A DNA stretch of 64,000 bases from Synergistales bacterium (GTDB lineage Bacteria; Synergistota; Synergistia; Synergistales; JAFGMB01). The translations under genes were made by a program, and so were the position numbers. Below are positions 29,101 through 39,148 of the stretch, piece by piece. Position 1 is the first letter of the stretch, and each line of letters begins with the position of its first letter. The notes beneath the pieces were generated by a model that saw only the letters and a program-made list of their open reading frames with translations, was not told the origin of the DNA and made no database searches. The stretch covers positions 1,664,001 through 1,728,000 of the forward strand of contig OY762654.1 in NCBI GenBank assembly GCA_963666205.1, read 5' to 3'.

Positions 29101-30657
29101 TCAGTCCTCCTCCAGCCAATTCTTGACTATGGAAGCAACTTCTTCAGGGTACGTCTGGGCGTAAAGACCCATCTGTTCTTCCAGGATCTGCATATCGTTC
29201 TTAGGTATGTTCAACAGGTCCAGTGTTAGATGGGGTGTCACTTTCTCCTCTTCATCTTTATCTTCATCGGTCTCCACTTTTTTTCTTCTCCGTCTGAAGA
29301 TCAAAAAGAATGCTCCTCCAACAGTCAGAGCTGCAACCAGGACCGTGATAGGAAGAAGAAATCTCTTAAGGGAGCCCCGCGGCTGGGGTATGGTTGCGAA
29401 TTTATCTTCTTTCTGATCTACCGATGCGAAGGGCATGAAGGCAAGGGAAAGGAGGTCTCCACGTTCCTCGTTTATCCCTATGGCTGTAGAGATCGAATAG
29501 AGGAGTTCATCTTTGGGGACCGAACTCTCCTCCGAGTTTATGACCACCGATGCGGTGATCCTTTTCATTGTCCCGGGAGCCTTCTGTTCCTCCTGCTGGA
29601 AAGATGAAATTTCATAATTGATTACCTGGTCTGTTTTATTGTAGTCACCGTTATTGGAACCCGAAGCTTTAACAGCGTATCCAGGTATGTTGGAGGCAGT
29701 GCCCACTCCCTTATTGGATTGGGCGGAACCGGAAAAGCTTTCTTCTACGGTCTGGATGCTCCTTACGATACCCTTTCCTCTCGCTTCTGGAAGATATCCC
29801 TGCTTGGTCCTGCTGAGGCTGCTGAAATCAAGCTCCACCCTTACCCTTACAACGGAATTTCCAGGGCCAAAGATGGCGGAAAGCATATTCTGGACCTTTT
29901 TTTCCAAGTCTATTTCCTGAAGCCTTTCCATCTCCCTCTGGACGGAGGAAACTCCACCGGAGGAACCCTGGTATATGAGAAATCCGTCCCCCACAAGTTC
30001 GGAAAGAAGATGGCCCGAGGTGTCCACTATAGACACATTGTCCGGATTCAGCCCTTCTACACTTGAAGCGACCAGCTTCATAACTGCTTTTATCTGGTCC
30101 GTCTTCATCTGCCTTCCGGGGCGGAGTCTTATCAGTACCGAAGCGGTAGCAGGCTGTTCTTCCTTGAGAAAGAGCTTCTGTTTTACAAGAACGACGTTGA
30201 CTCTGGCAAATTCCACTACATCCAGCCTGCTGATGGTTCTTGCAAGCTCTCCTTCCAGGGCTCTAACATAGGCAACCTGCTGCTGGAAATCTGTCATGCC
30301 CATCTTCGAATCGTCAAATATCTCATATCCTACTGTACCGCTCTTGGGAAGGCCTGAAGATGCCATGTCAAGCCTCAGGTTATAAACTGCATCTTCGGGT
30401 ACAAGAATTGCGGAAGCTGAAGGATCTAGCCGATATTCCACACCCTTTTCCTTGAGGATGTCCACTATGGATGCCTGATCCTCCAATCCAAGGCCTGAAA
30501 AGAGGGGGGCATAGCTTATCCTTCCGGAATAGAAGAAAAGGAGAGAAAAAAAGATCATCAGTACAACTGCTGCACCCGTAAGGGTCCACTTCTGCCCTTT
30601 GCCAAGGGAATTCCAGAATTCTTTTATCTGTCCGAATAGTTCCTTAAATTTCTGCAT
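29101..30657 (-). CDS. fliF: Flagellar MS-ring protein FliF
   Basis: GYEIFD, RALEGELARTI, ASSVEGL, two TM helices. Confidence 0.96.
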   Translation of the reverse strand: MQKFKELFGQIKEFWNSLGKGQKWTLTGAAVVLMIFFSLLFFYSGRISYAPLFSGLGLEDQASIVDILKEKGVEYRLDPSASAILVPEDAVYNLRLDMASSGLPKSGTVGYEIFDDSKMGMTDFQQQVAYVRALEGELARTISRLDVVEFARVNVVLVKQKLFLKEEQPATASVLIRLRPGRQMKTDQIKAVMKLVASSVEGLNPDNVSIVDTSGHLLSELVGDGFLIYQGSSGGVSSVQREMERLQEIDLEKKVQNMLSAIFGPGNSVVRVRVELDFSSLSRTKQGYLPEARGKGIVRSIQTVEESFSGSAQSNKGVGTASNIPGYAVKASGSNNGDYNKTDQVINYEISSFQQEEQKAPGTMKRITASVVINSEESSVPKDELLYSISTAIGINEERGDLLSLAFMPFASVDQKEDKFATIPQPRGSLKRFLLPITVLVAALTVGGAFFLIFRRRRKKVETDEDKDEEEKVTPHLTLDLLNIPKNDMQILEEQMGLYAQTYPEEVASIVKNWLEED

Positions 30658-30691
30658 TCGCAGTATTCCCTGTCATCAGAGGCTTCCAGTC

Positions 30692-31036
30692 TCACACGGA
30701 GATCCTGATAAGCTGGTTATAAGCATCAAGAAGCTTATCTCTCACCTGTATTGCAAAACGAAGGGCGAGGTCTGCTTCTGAGACTGCTGCAGCAACTTCG
30801 GAGATATCATCCACATCTCCCGTTACCATGTTCTGCATGGCGCTTTCTGCACTTATCTGAAGGCTGTTGACCTTCTGAAGACCCTCCTTGAGAGATTCTT
30901 CAAAGGAAGGGATAGCTTTTGTGTCCTTATTGTTTTCATCGCTTTTTGCCAGGTCGGCGGATTGAAAATTCTTGTTGATTCCGTAGGCTGAGCGCACGGA
31001 CCTAGGGTTTGCAAAAGTCACCGGGGAAGAGCTCAT
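30692..31036 (-). CDS. fliE: Hook-basal body protein FliE
   Basis: QVRDKLLDAYNQLIRISV. Confidence 0.93.
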   Translation of the reverse strand: MSSSPVTFANPRSVRSAYGINKNFQSADLAKSDENNKDTKAIPSFEESLKEGLQKVNSLQISAESAMQNMVTGDVDDISEVAAAVSEADLALRFAIQVRDKLLDAYNQLIRISV

Positions 31037-31084
31037 TCTGGCGGATACCCCCTTATTTTCCTGCTTCTGTATTGAAGAAAATTA

Positions 31085-31894
31085 TCACACGGCGATCTCA
31101 AGTATCTGGACCAGCCTTTCCTTGAGTTTGGAGAGGACTCTTTTGTGAAGCTGTGAGATCCTGGATTCTGAAAGACTGAACTCCACAGCGATATCATGAA
31201 AGTTCCAGTACTTGAAGTAATATAGGTAGATAAGCTTTTTTTCCCTCTCCGTAAGATCGTTCATTGCCTTATAAAGCTTCTCTATTTCATCCATGTTTTC
31301 TGTAACTTCTTCAGGCCCGGGTTCATCTCCTGTAAGAATAGAGCTCTTGCTCACTTCAGAATCTTCAAGGACCAGCTCCTCATCAAGAAAACCTATGTAA
31401 CTCCTGTTGGCTATCTCCAGGACTTCCCGGAACTGTTCCTCCGACATGCCCAGCTTTTCCCTGAGCCTCCTGTTTGAGACCTCTCCGGTTTCCTGCAGAA
31501 CCTGTTCCGATGCTTTTTCCAGCGCATGAATTTTTTCCCGTCCTGTGCGGGATATCCAGTCGAACCTTCTCAATTCGTCCAGGATCGCTCCCCTTATTCT
31601 GGAAGCTGCATAGGTCTGAAAGGCATAACCCAGGGCAGGGTTGTAACGGTCGATGGCATCAAGGAGTCCCATGTTTCCATAACTTAGGAGATCATCATAA
31701 TCAAGTTCTCGAGGAGGGGAGATGTTTGTCCTTCGAATGACGAATCTGACAAGATACTGATATTTTTCTACCAGTTCCTTCTGGATCATTCTTCTATCCA
31801 GACTGAGTTGAGGGCAAAGTTGATATCTTTCCCAGAGATCCCTCTCGGCGTTTCTGTCAAAATCCGATCTTGTCTTTCCAACTTTCTGCCGCAT
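31085..31894 (-). CDS. fliA: Flagellar sigma factor FliA (sigma-28)
   Basis: GLLDAIDRY, FQTYAASRIRGAILDELRRFDW, SESRISQLH; start set at the ATG after GGAGG. Confidence 0.93.
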   Translation of the reverse strand: MRQKVGKTRSDFDRNAERDLWERYQLCPQLSLDRRMIQKELVEKYQYLVRFVIRRTNISPPRELDYDDLLSYGNMGLLDAIDRYNPALGYAFQTYAASRIRGAILDELRRFDWISRTGREKIHALEKASEQVLQETGEVSNRRLREKLGMSEEQFREVLEIANRSYIGFLDEELVLEDSEVSKSSILTGDEPGPEEVTENMDEIEKLYKAMNDLTEREKKLIYLYYFKYWNFHDIAVEFSLSESRISQLHKRVLSKLKERLVQILEIAV

Positions 31895-32013
31895 GGAATA
31901 CCTCCAAAGGGCCAAATTAAGAAACAAAATAAACATCATTATAAATAACATAAATACAAACGAAAGTATAAACTAATATATACATTTATGCAATAAGGTG
32001 TACTGAAAGGGTA

Positions 32014-33204
32014 TTAGATTTTCGGGTTCTGTTCTTTTTTCAGAGAGTATACGTAGGCAAGGACTTCTGCTACAGCCACATAAAGATCCTGGGGTATCTC
32101 CTGTCCGATCTCTACCGTCCTGTAAAGGCCTCTGGCGAGGGGCTTGTCTTCAAAGAGGGGAACATCTGCTTCTCGGGCAATTTCCCTGATCCGAAATGCC
32201 AGATAGCCCGCGCCTTTGGCTACAACCAAAGGCGCCCCCATTTGATGACGGTCGTATTTCAGGGCAACTGCGAAATGGGTGGGGTTTGTCACAACAACAT
32301 CCGCTTCAGGAATCTGGCTCATCATCCGGTTCCTTCCCAGTTCGACCTGTTTGCGGCGGATCCTTTGCCGGACCAAGGGGTCTCCTTCAGTCTGTTTGAA
32401 TTCATCCTTGATCTCCTGTTTTGTCATTTTTATGGATTTGGAAAATTCCCATTTCTGGTAGCCAAAATCAAAGAGCCCCAGCGCAAGGAGAGCTATGCCC
32501 AGCTTTATGGAGAGATTAAAAAACACGGAGAGTACAATAGTGAAACCCCTGGCTGCATCAGTTCTGGAAATCTCCTGGAAAAGAGGAAGTTCTTTCCTTA
32601 TCCCGAAATAGAGGACAAAGAAGAGAAGGGTCGCCTTAAGAAGGGCCTTTATAGCTTCAACGAAGGATCTGAGAGAGAACATCTTTTTAATGCCCTTCAA
32701 AGGGTCGAAGCGCTCCATTTTAGGTATCAGGGGATTTGGGGAGATCTTGAGACCTACCTGGCAAGCCGTTACAAAAAAGCATATTCCCAAGGAGATAAGA
32801 GCCATGGGAAGCCAGGCCTGTATAAAGAAGAGGGTTCCCTTTCCAGCGAGCGTCATGGGCCAGTGTTCCCTGGCTTTGGCAACGGTGGGAAGCCAGGCAA
32901 GACACCATTGCAGGAAACTCGAATAAGCCTTCCACATGAAGCTGGAAAAGATAAAAAGGGTCGCGGTACCTGTAAGGATACTTACCGCGGCCGTGAGGTC
33001 CCTGCTTTGTGCTACTCTTCCTTCTTCCCTTTCCTTGCGGCGTTTCCTGGGTGTTGCTTCCTCTGTTTTTTCCTGAGCGAAGATCTGCAGGTTGAAAAAG
33101 GGCAACATCGATCTCAAAGAATGAGATTTACGGTTTTGCCCTTTTATTGTTTCGAGTATTGACCCAAAGGAGAGATCGAAAGATTGTTTAATATATTTCA
33201 CCAT
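32014..33204 (-). CDS. flhB: Flagellar export protein FlhB
   Basis: EKTEEATPRKR, EGDPLVR, NPTH autocleavage motif. Confidence 0.97.
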   Translation of the reverse strand: MVKYIKQSFDLSFGSILETIKGQNRKSHSLRSMLPFFNLQIFAQEKTEEATPRKRRKEREEGRVAQSRDLTAAVSILTGTATLFIFSSFMWKAYSSFLQWCLAWLPTVAKAREHWPMTLAGKGTLFFIQAWLPMALISLGICFFVTACQVGLKISPNPLIPKMERFDPLKGIKKMFSLRSFVEAIKALLKATLLFFVLYFGIRKELPLFQEISRTDAARGFTIVLSVFFNLSIKLGIALLALGLFDFGYQKWEFSKSIKMTKQEIKDEFKQTEGDPLVRQRIRRKQVELGRNRMMSQIPEADVVVTNPTHFAVALKYDRHQMGAPLVVAKGAGYLAFRIREIAREADVPLFEDKPLARGLYRTVEIGQEIPQDLYVAVAEVLAYVYSLKKEQNPKI

Positions 33205-33269
33205 CCATAATTTATATTAATATAAATAACAATAGTTATATTAATATAAATAAGTGTGGGAGGAAAGAT

Positions 33270-36191
33270 TTAAGTAAGGTAATCTACCAGGGTGGGTTGG
33301 ACAGCCTTTGCTATTGTAGCCAGGGTTGCCTGGTAGACGGTCTGGGCTGTTTGAAATTCCATTGCAGCTTCTGCAATATCAACGTCCATTATATTGCTGT
33401 AGAGTTCATTGAAGGCGATGCTGTTTTCTCCAAGCCTGTTACTGGCTGTTTCATACCTTTTTTGAAGAGCACCACAGTAGGACCTTGCCTGCAGTGCTTC
33501 ATCCATAGCTTTATCGAGCTTTGGAAGGAAGCTTTCCGACAGGGCCTTATCGGCACCCTGTTCTATCGCCACTGCCAAATCGTCCAGTAGAGCGAAGAGA
33601 TCGACCTCCTCTACGTTGGCACCGCTGCGGATAGCCAGGTTCTGGTTATAGGGACCGGGTGCATTGCTCGCTCCCCGGTCAGGGGTCGTGACTACTCCAA
33701 GAGGAAGGTTCATACCGACAGGGACCCCGAGGATGTGGACATCTTTCCCCGCAGGGGAATAGAGGATTAAATCGCCGCTATCGGCTATTCGGGTGTGAAC
33801 ATCCCCTTCGCTGAAGCGTGTGTTCACCAGATCAGCAACTTCCTGCAGAGAGGATAGATCTCTAAGGTCCATCTCATGGGTATATCCGTCAACTGAAAGG
33901 CTGAGAATATCTCCACCGGACCAGGTGCCTTTCTCGATCCTGACATCAGTGTTCAGGTTAAAGTCTCGGGCAGCAGAACCGTTTACATCGTAAATATTTA
34001 TAGGGCTCCCGTCCTTTGGGAAGAGAGCAAGTCTGTATTGGCCTGACGCATCGGATGCCAGAGAGACATCCAACCAGCTCCCCGCCAGGTCTTCAAGCCT
34101 TGAGGCTACAGATTGCAGATCCTCTCCGGAAGATACAGACAGAGCGACTTCCCTGCTTCCCGAAGATATAACGAAGCTGCCCTTACCTGACGCAGAACTG
34201 GACCAACTACTGGCTACCCCTGACTGAAGGCCCGAGGACATGGCCAGGCCGGATGAAAGTCTATTAAAGGAAGGATCGCTATAGGGCAGGTCCATGATAC
34301 GCAGGGGTTCTCCGGTCACGGAGTATAGGACGAAACCGGTGCTCCATCCGGTGAGATCGAAACCGACCTTGTCGGATCCCACCTGTTCCCTGATCTTAAG
34401 GGCCATGGCCTTGGGATCTATGAATCCGGTTGAGGTATCAACAACATCTTTCTGATATAGTTTTACCTCGTGAATATCACCATCGATTTCCACGCCTATT
34501 CTGATCGGAACTTCAGATCCTGCGGTATCCGGGAAAACCAGATTGCTAAGGTCCACAGTGGAGAGGGCAGTCTGGATGCCGAGTATTTTTGCCCAGTCAT
34601 TTTGCTTGTCGTAGATTGTGAGGGGGCTGCCATCCTTTGGCCATATCATGAGTCTCTTTGTTCCAACTTCGGAGTCGCCGACTGAAGAGTCTGTCAGGTC
34701 GGTCCTTCCAGGATCTTGCTGGACAACAACTTCAAGCCAATCTCCAGCTGCGGCCTTTATCTGTTCGGCAAGTTTTTCCAGGGTAAGGTGGACGTCGTCG
34801 TTTACATTAATTTCCAGTTTGTTATTACTGGACTGGAATACAATATCCAGTTCCTGTCCGGTAAGGAGAGATGTATCGCCGAGTTCAGATGTTATCTCTG
34901 TAGATGTTACGGCAGTGGCCAGGCCAAGATAGTTTGACAGGCCTATATGGCTTATCTCTTTTGGTTCAATCATGGCCTGGGATATTTTATCTGTTCCGAA
35001 AAGGTCTGTAGCGCTGCCCGAGGCGATGATGGAAAAAGGATTGGAGAAATTTTCCGCAACAAGGGCGATTGATCCGTTATCCCTGACTCCGACCCAAAGA
35101 CTCTCAACGGCAGCGAGGGAATCGGCCACATCCTTCAGGGTATCTCCTGCACTGATCTGGATATTGTAGGAAATGTTATCGTCCATAACGATGGAGATCT
35201 GTCCATTCGAATCGGCATTCCACCCTCCACCGGGAGCTTCTGAGCTGATGAACTGCCCCCTTTCCTGAAGGCCTTCCCATGGCAGGGATATCACTTGAAG
35301 AGGTTCGCCAGAAAGACTTTGGATGGAGAGCTTCTCAGTTTCTGAAAGGATATCCGTCTCGACTGATGCATGTACGAGCTTTCCCGCACCGTCATTGGCA
35401 TTTATCAGCTTGGCGATCTCCGAAAGGGAATAGCCCATAATTTCCTCTCCAGGGGATGCAAAGCTGTTGTAGTCGGAAAGATCTGCCAGGTTGCTGGTGT
35501 TGTGGTCGAACCATCTCTGAGGAAGCATCACCTGAGCTGAATCATTTCCCACAGAGATCTGAAGAACCTCCGAACTGCTCTCCCAAGTGAAACCCATGGG
35601 TACCTCAATACTAGTTACGTCCCTTTTGAGAAAGGAAGTGGGGAAAACGTCCCTTCCATTGAGGGATACGCAACCGGTCAGGCCCTCCTCTATCTCGAAG
35701 GATATTCTGTTGTCATCCCCCTGGTAGAGCACATCTCCTTCATCGTTCTTGAGAAAGGGAGCTTTGGAGGTTTGAAGGCCTCCCATAAGGAACTGTCCCC
35801 CTACGTTGAAGTTGGCGGCCTGCATGAGCTCGTCCCTCATTGCCCTGATGTCCTGGGCTATAGCCTCGCGATCTGTCTGGGAAAGGGACCCGTCACCTGC
35901 ATATATTGTCTGTTCTCTGATGGAGGATATGAGGTCTGTTATCTGCCCAAGAGAGGTTTCGGTGTTGGAAAGCCATGTGACGGCATCATCAAGGTTCCTC
36001 ATGTACTGCTCGTTCCGGGAGATGGTATTTTTCACGGTCATACCCCTGGAAACCTCCGCGGGGTTGTCTGAAGGTTTTGAATAGAGTTGCTGGCTGGACA
36101 TCTGTTTTTCTACATCCATCAGCCTATTGAGGCTGCTGTGCATATCCTTGAGGAACATGCTCGACATCATGGATTGGGATATTCGCTGCAC
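33270..36191 (-). CDS. flgL: Very large hook-filament junction protein FlgL (973 aa)
   Basis: MQRISQSMM..., KPSDNP; C-terminal VYQATLATIAKAVQPTLVDYL. Confidence 0.88.
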   Translation of the reverse strand: MQRISQSMMSSMFLKDMHSSLNRLMDVEKQMSSQQLYSKPSDNPAEVSRGMTVKNTISRNEQYMRNLDDAVTWLSNTETSLGQITDLISSIREQTIYAGDGSLSQTDREAIAQDIRAMRDELMQAANFNVGGQFLMGGLQTSKAPFLKNDEGDVLYQGDDNRISFEIEEGLTGCVSLNGRDVFPTSFLKRDVTSIEVPMGFTWESSSEVLQISVGNDSAQVMLPQRWFDHNTSNLADLSDYNSFASPGEEIMGYSLSEIAKLINANDGAGKLVHASVETDILSETEKLSIQSLSGEPLQVISLPWEGLQERGQFISSEAPGGGWNADSNGQISIVMDDNISYNIQISAGDTLKDVADSLAAVESLWVGVRDNGSIALVAENFSNPFSIIASGSATDLFGTDKISQAMIEPKEISHIGLSNYLGLATAVTSTEITSELGDTSLLTGQELDIVFQSSNNKLEINVNDDVHLTLEKLAEQIKAAAGDWLEVVVQQDPGRTDLTDSSVGDSEVGTKRLMIWPKDGSPLTIYDKQNDWAKILGIQTALSTVDLSNLVFPDTAGSEVPIRIGVEIDGDIHEVKLYQKDVVDTSTGFIDPKAMALKIREQVGSDKVGFDLTGWSTGFVLYSVTGEPLRIMDLPYSDPSFNRLSSGLAMSSGLQSGVASSWSSSASGKGSFVISSGSREVALSVSSGEDLQSVASRLEDLAGSWLDVSLASDASGQYRLALFPKDGSPINIYDVNGSAARDFNLNTDVRIEKGTWSGGDILSLSVDGYTHEMDLRDLSSLQEVADLVNTRFSEGDVHTRIADSGDLILYSPAGKDVHILGVPVGMNLPLGVVTTPDRGASNAPGPYNQNLAIRSGANVEEVDLFALLDDLAVAIEQGADKALSESFLPKLDKAMDEALQARSYCGALQKRYETASNRLGENSIAFNELYSNIMDVDIAEAAMEFQTAQTVYQATLATIAKAVQPTLVDYLT

Positions 36192-36240
36192 AATAGATCA
36201 CCTCACAGAAATAGAGACTCCTATGTTTCAGTTATATTTG

Positions 36241-38163
36241 TTACCTCTTGAGGTTCATCAATTCTTCCAGGATCTCATCGCTCGTTGTTATTACCCTGGC
36301 AGACGCCTGGAAACCTCTCTGGGCGATTATCAGATCGACAAATTCAGAGGTAAGATCTACATTTGAGGCTTCCAGGCTGTTTCCTGCGATGCTTCCTGCC
36401 CCGCCCTCCATGGGCCTGAGGATCTGAGGTATGCCTGAATTAGAGGTGTCCCTATATACCCCACTGCCCAGTTTCTCAAGACCGCTGGCATTTGAAAAAA
36501 CGGCCAGTGCTACAGTATAGAGATTTTCAGTCTGTCCGTTATCGTAAACACCCCTGATAACACCATCCCCGCCAACGGAATAATCCTGCAGGACTCCCAT
36601 TTCGTAACCATCCTGGTAGTATTCCTTTGTTGTAAAGGATGATCCGAACTGAGTAACGGCATCTATATCGTCTGTTCCCAGGGCGTTGCCAGTAAAGTCC
36701 AGCTGGATCTGTGAATCCTCAGCACCAACGGCTGCAAAATTGATATTGATGGTGCTTGCTTCAGCTCCGGTTGAATCGGTCACACCTTCTACCAGACCAG
36801 CGGGCGAAAATTCCACCAGGCCGGTGTTACTGTTTAGTTCCACACCTGGCATATCTGGAAGCCATGTTCGCCAGCGCCATGTGTTGTTATCGATCTTTTC
36901 CCAGCTTGTTTCCAATGTGTATGCATTGCCCTGTGAGTCGAAGATATCATATTTCGTTGAATGTATGCTTGAAGTCTGGAGATCGAAGCTTCTGATAACT
37001 GTTCCGCCTTGTCCAAGTGAAACACCCATTCCGGAGGGGGTTGCATCCACATCGATGGTCTCTCCTGCAATTGTTATCTGGGTACCCGAGGGTATATTGA
37101 AGGATCCGTCATCATGGGCCGCAAGATCCACAGAAAAAGTGTCCATGGTGTTTGTTCCCGAACCGTTGTCTCCCCACAGGGTCAGTGTTCGTCCTCCGGC
37201 GGCAAGATCATTGAATTCGGCTAGATAAGGAGTGGAGGTTCCACCCACATTTATGTCAACGATCCGGTAATTGAGGGCAGCACCGATCTCACCTGTCCAA
37301 ACTGAAATTCCCCCATTTGTAACCTGTATCTGACCGGTGGTGTCGTTGAAACCAATAGTTTCCAATATTCCGTCACCATCTAGATCTACATTGGAATTAC
37401 CAAGAGTTGGAAGGCCCGTGGTGGTGTTGATGCCGGTCATTGCAAGATTGGCAGTGATGGGTGCTCCACCGTTCTGAGTGAATGTGATGGTGAGGAAGTC
37501 AGTAGCAGAAGATCCCTCCGAGAAGGTAATGCCCGTAAAATCCGTCTCTCCGATGGTTCCCTGCAATACCAGGTCTTTTGAGCTGAGTCCCATGGGTAGG
37601 ACATTACCTAACCTGGAATCGAGATTACATCGGAAACCAACAGTAGTGGTGGCCTTGGCGGGCAGTTTCTGGCCTACGGGTATGTTTATGTCCGTGAGAT
37701 CCGTACCAACGACCTTTGTACCTGGATTCAAGGGGTCGTCAAACATTTCAAAGCCCTGGAGCCTATATCCAGTTCCGCTCTGAACCATATCGCCATTACC
37801 ATCCAGGATGAAATTTCCTGCCCTGGAGTAGACATTGGTTGTTCCGTCTTCCACCACAAAAAGGCCATCCCCTTCAATGGCCATATCGCTTTTTGCACCG
37901 GTATAGTTTATGTTACCCTGGCTCTGATCTATAACCACGCTTCCCACAGCTGTTCCCAGTCCAACCTGCTTAGGGTTTGTGCCTCCTTTTTCTGCGCTTG
38001 GAGCAGTTGCGGCCTCTTCGGTCTGACTCATGAGTTCCTGGAATTGAACATCTGATTTTTTGAATGCTGTTGTGTTGGCGTTGGATATATTATCGCCGAC
38101 CACATCGAGAAGGGTCTGATTGGCTTTAACCCCACTGACACCTGATGTTAAGGATCTGAGCAT
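36241..38163 (-). CDS. flgE: Flagellar hook protein FlgE (640 aa)
   Basis: MLRSLTSGVSG, NISNANTTAFK, LEASNVDLTSEFVDLIIAQRGFQA. Confidence 0.96.
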   Translation of the reverse strand: MLRSLTSGVSGVKANQTLLDVVGDNISNANTTAFKKSDVQFQELMSQTEEAATAPSAEKGGTNPKQVGLGTAVGSVVIDQSQGNINYTGAKSDMAIEGDGLFVVEDGTTNVYSRAGNFILDGNGDMVQSGTGYRLQGFEMFDDPLNPGTKVVGTDLTDINIPVGQKLPAKATTTVGFRCNLDSRLGNVLPMGLSSKDLVLQGTIGETDFTGITFSEGSSATDFLTITFTQNGGAPITANLAMTGINTTTGLPTLGNSNVDLDGDGILETIGFNDTTGQIQVTNGGISVWTGEIGAALNYRIVDINVGGTSTPYLAEFNDLAAGGRTLTLWGDNGSGTNTMDTFSVDLAAHDDGSFNIPSGTQITIAGETIDVDATPSGMGVSLGQGGTVIRSFDLQTSSIHSTKYDIFDSQGNAYTLETSWEKIDNNTWRWRTWLPDMPGVELNSNTGLVEFSPAGLVEGVTDSTGAEASTININFAAVGAEDSQIQLDFTGNALGTDDIDAVTQFGSSFTTKEYYQDGYEMGVLQDYSVGGDGVIRGVYDNGQTENLYTVALAVFSNASGLEKLGSGVYRDTSNSGIPQILRPMEGGAGSIAGNSLEASNVDLTSEFVDLIIAQRGFQASARVITTSDEILEELMNLKR

Positions 38164-38242
38164 TCCTTTAACCTCCCTTGATATCTACTTTACAAATCGT
38201 TCTTATTCTTTGAGACCGCCATTCTTTTCGTAAGGCCATTCT

Positions 38243-38665
38243 TTATTGATTGAATCCTGTGATCTGATCTAACGGAATTTCCACACCATCTTCAATTCTT
38301 ACCTTTATGTTGTCGGCCTCAAATACCACCGACTGTACTGTCCCCGTTTTTATCCCGCCGTCTTCCAGATCTGCATAGGATATCTTCGAACCTACCATGG
38401 CAGAGGATGAAAATTTCATGTACTGTCCCAGTGATTCAAGCCTGTCTTCTATATTGGCAACCTGTTCAACCTGGCTGAATTGTGCCATCTGCGAAATGAA
38501 TTCGGATTGGTCCAGCGGCTCAAGGGGATCCTGATTCGCTAGCTCTGTAACCAGGATCTTTAAAAAGGCATCCTTGCCCAGAAGGCTGTTGCTGGCTGCA
38601 GTTTCAGTAGCAACCTGCCCGTTTATGTAAGTAGTTCCCACCGATCCCACCGGTGCTTCACTCAT
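38243..38665 (-). CDS. flgD: Hook capping protein FlgD
   Basis: LGKDAFLKILVTELANQDPLEP, QMAQFSQVEQ. Confidence 0.95.
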   Translation of the reverse strand: MSEAPVGSVGTTYINGQVATETAASNSLLGKDAFLKILVTELANQDPLEPLDQSEFISQMAQFSQVEQVANIEDRLESLGQYMKFSSSAMVGSKISYADLEDGGIKTGTVQSVVFEADNIKVRIEDGVEIPLDQITGFNQ

Positions 38666-38699
38666 GGAGATCTCTCCTTTCAGTGATACCTCTGATTAC

Positions 38700-38727
38700 T
38701 TATCGGCAGGTTTACTTCATCATCTTA
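38700..38727 (-). promoter_or_regulatory. Sigma-28 promoter upstream of flgD
   Basis: TAAG-N16-GCCGATAA. Confidence 0.75.
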
Positions 38728-38773
38728 AGGTAAGTATGCCTGGATCATGAGAAAAGGGGAGAACAGGGGAAAG

Positions 38774-38801
38774 AAAAGGGGGTACCCATTCAGGGGTCCC
38801 C
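38774..38801 (-). terminator. Probable terminator downstream of the LpxH-like remnant
   Basis: GGGGACCCC-loop-GGGTACCCCC followed by TTTT on the minus strand. Confidence 0.5.
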
Positions 38802-38829
38802 TGAGTTTCAGATCAATGTTTTACAGAGA

Positions 38830-39005
38830 TCAGTGGACATATCGCTTTTCTAATCTCTTTTCCCATGAGATTCGCTCGAAGGTTCCGTCCATATTCGACA
38901 TAAGAGCTGAATAGCCTTGTTTTCAAAAGCCTCAGTAATCGTGGTGTCTTAAGAGGTGAGCCCTATACTATGGAGGAAATATGCAGCAGATAATACATTC
39001 ATCTG
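38830..39005 (-). pseudogene. Decayed C-terminal fragment of an LpxH-like phosphoesterase
   Basis: *KQGYSALMSNMDGTFERISW aligns with WLQSCSALVENMDGTFEIIRW of 41028-41777; upstream ECIICC matches EGIVCGH. Confidence 0.72.
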
Positions 39006-39148
39006 TTTCTGAAGATGATCTGTGACTGAGGTTTAAATTTAGGATTATGGTAGACAGTTGGGCAAAAAGACCTGGTTTTTGGTTACAATACCAGACTGGA
39101 AGAATCGGGCTTTCCCACTTTGCATCATCTTGTTGGAGAGAAGGGTTA

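Noticed and set aside
32242-33162. 306-aa plus-strand ORF
   Set aside because: Fully antisense to flhB with no recognisable motifs. The same applies to the other antisense ORFs in the track.
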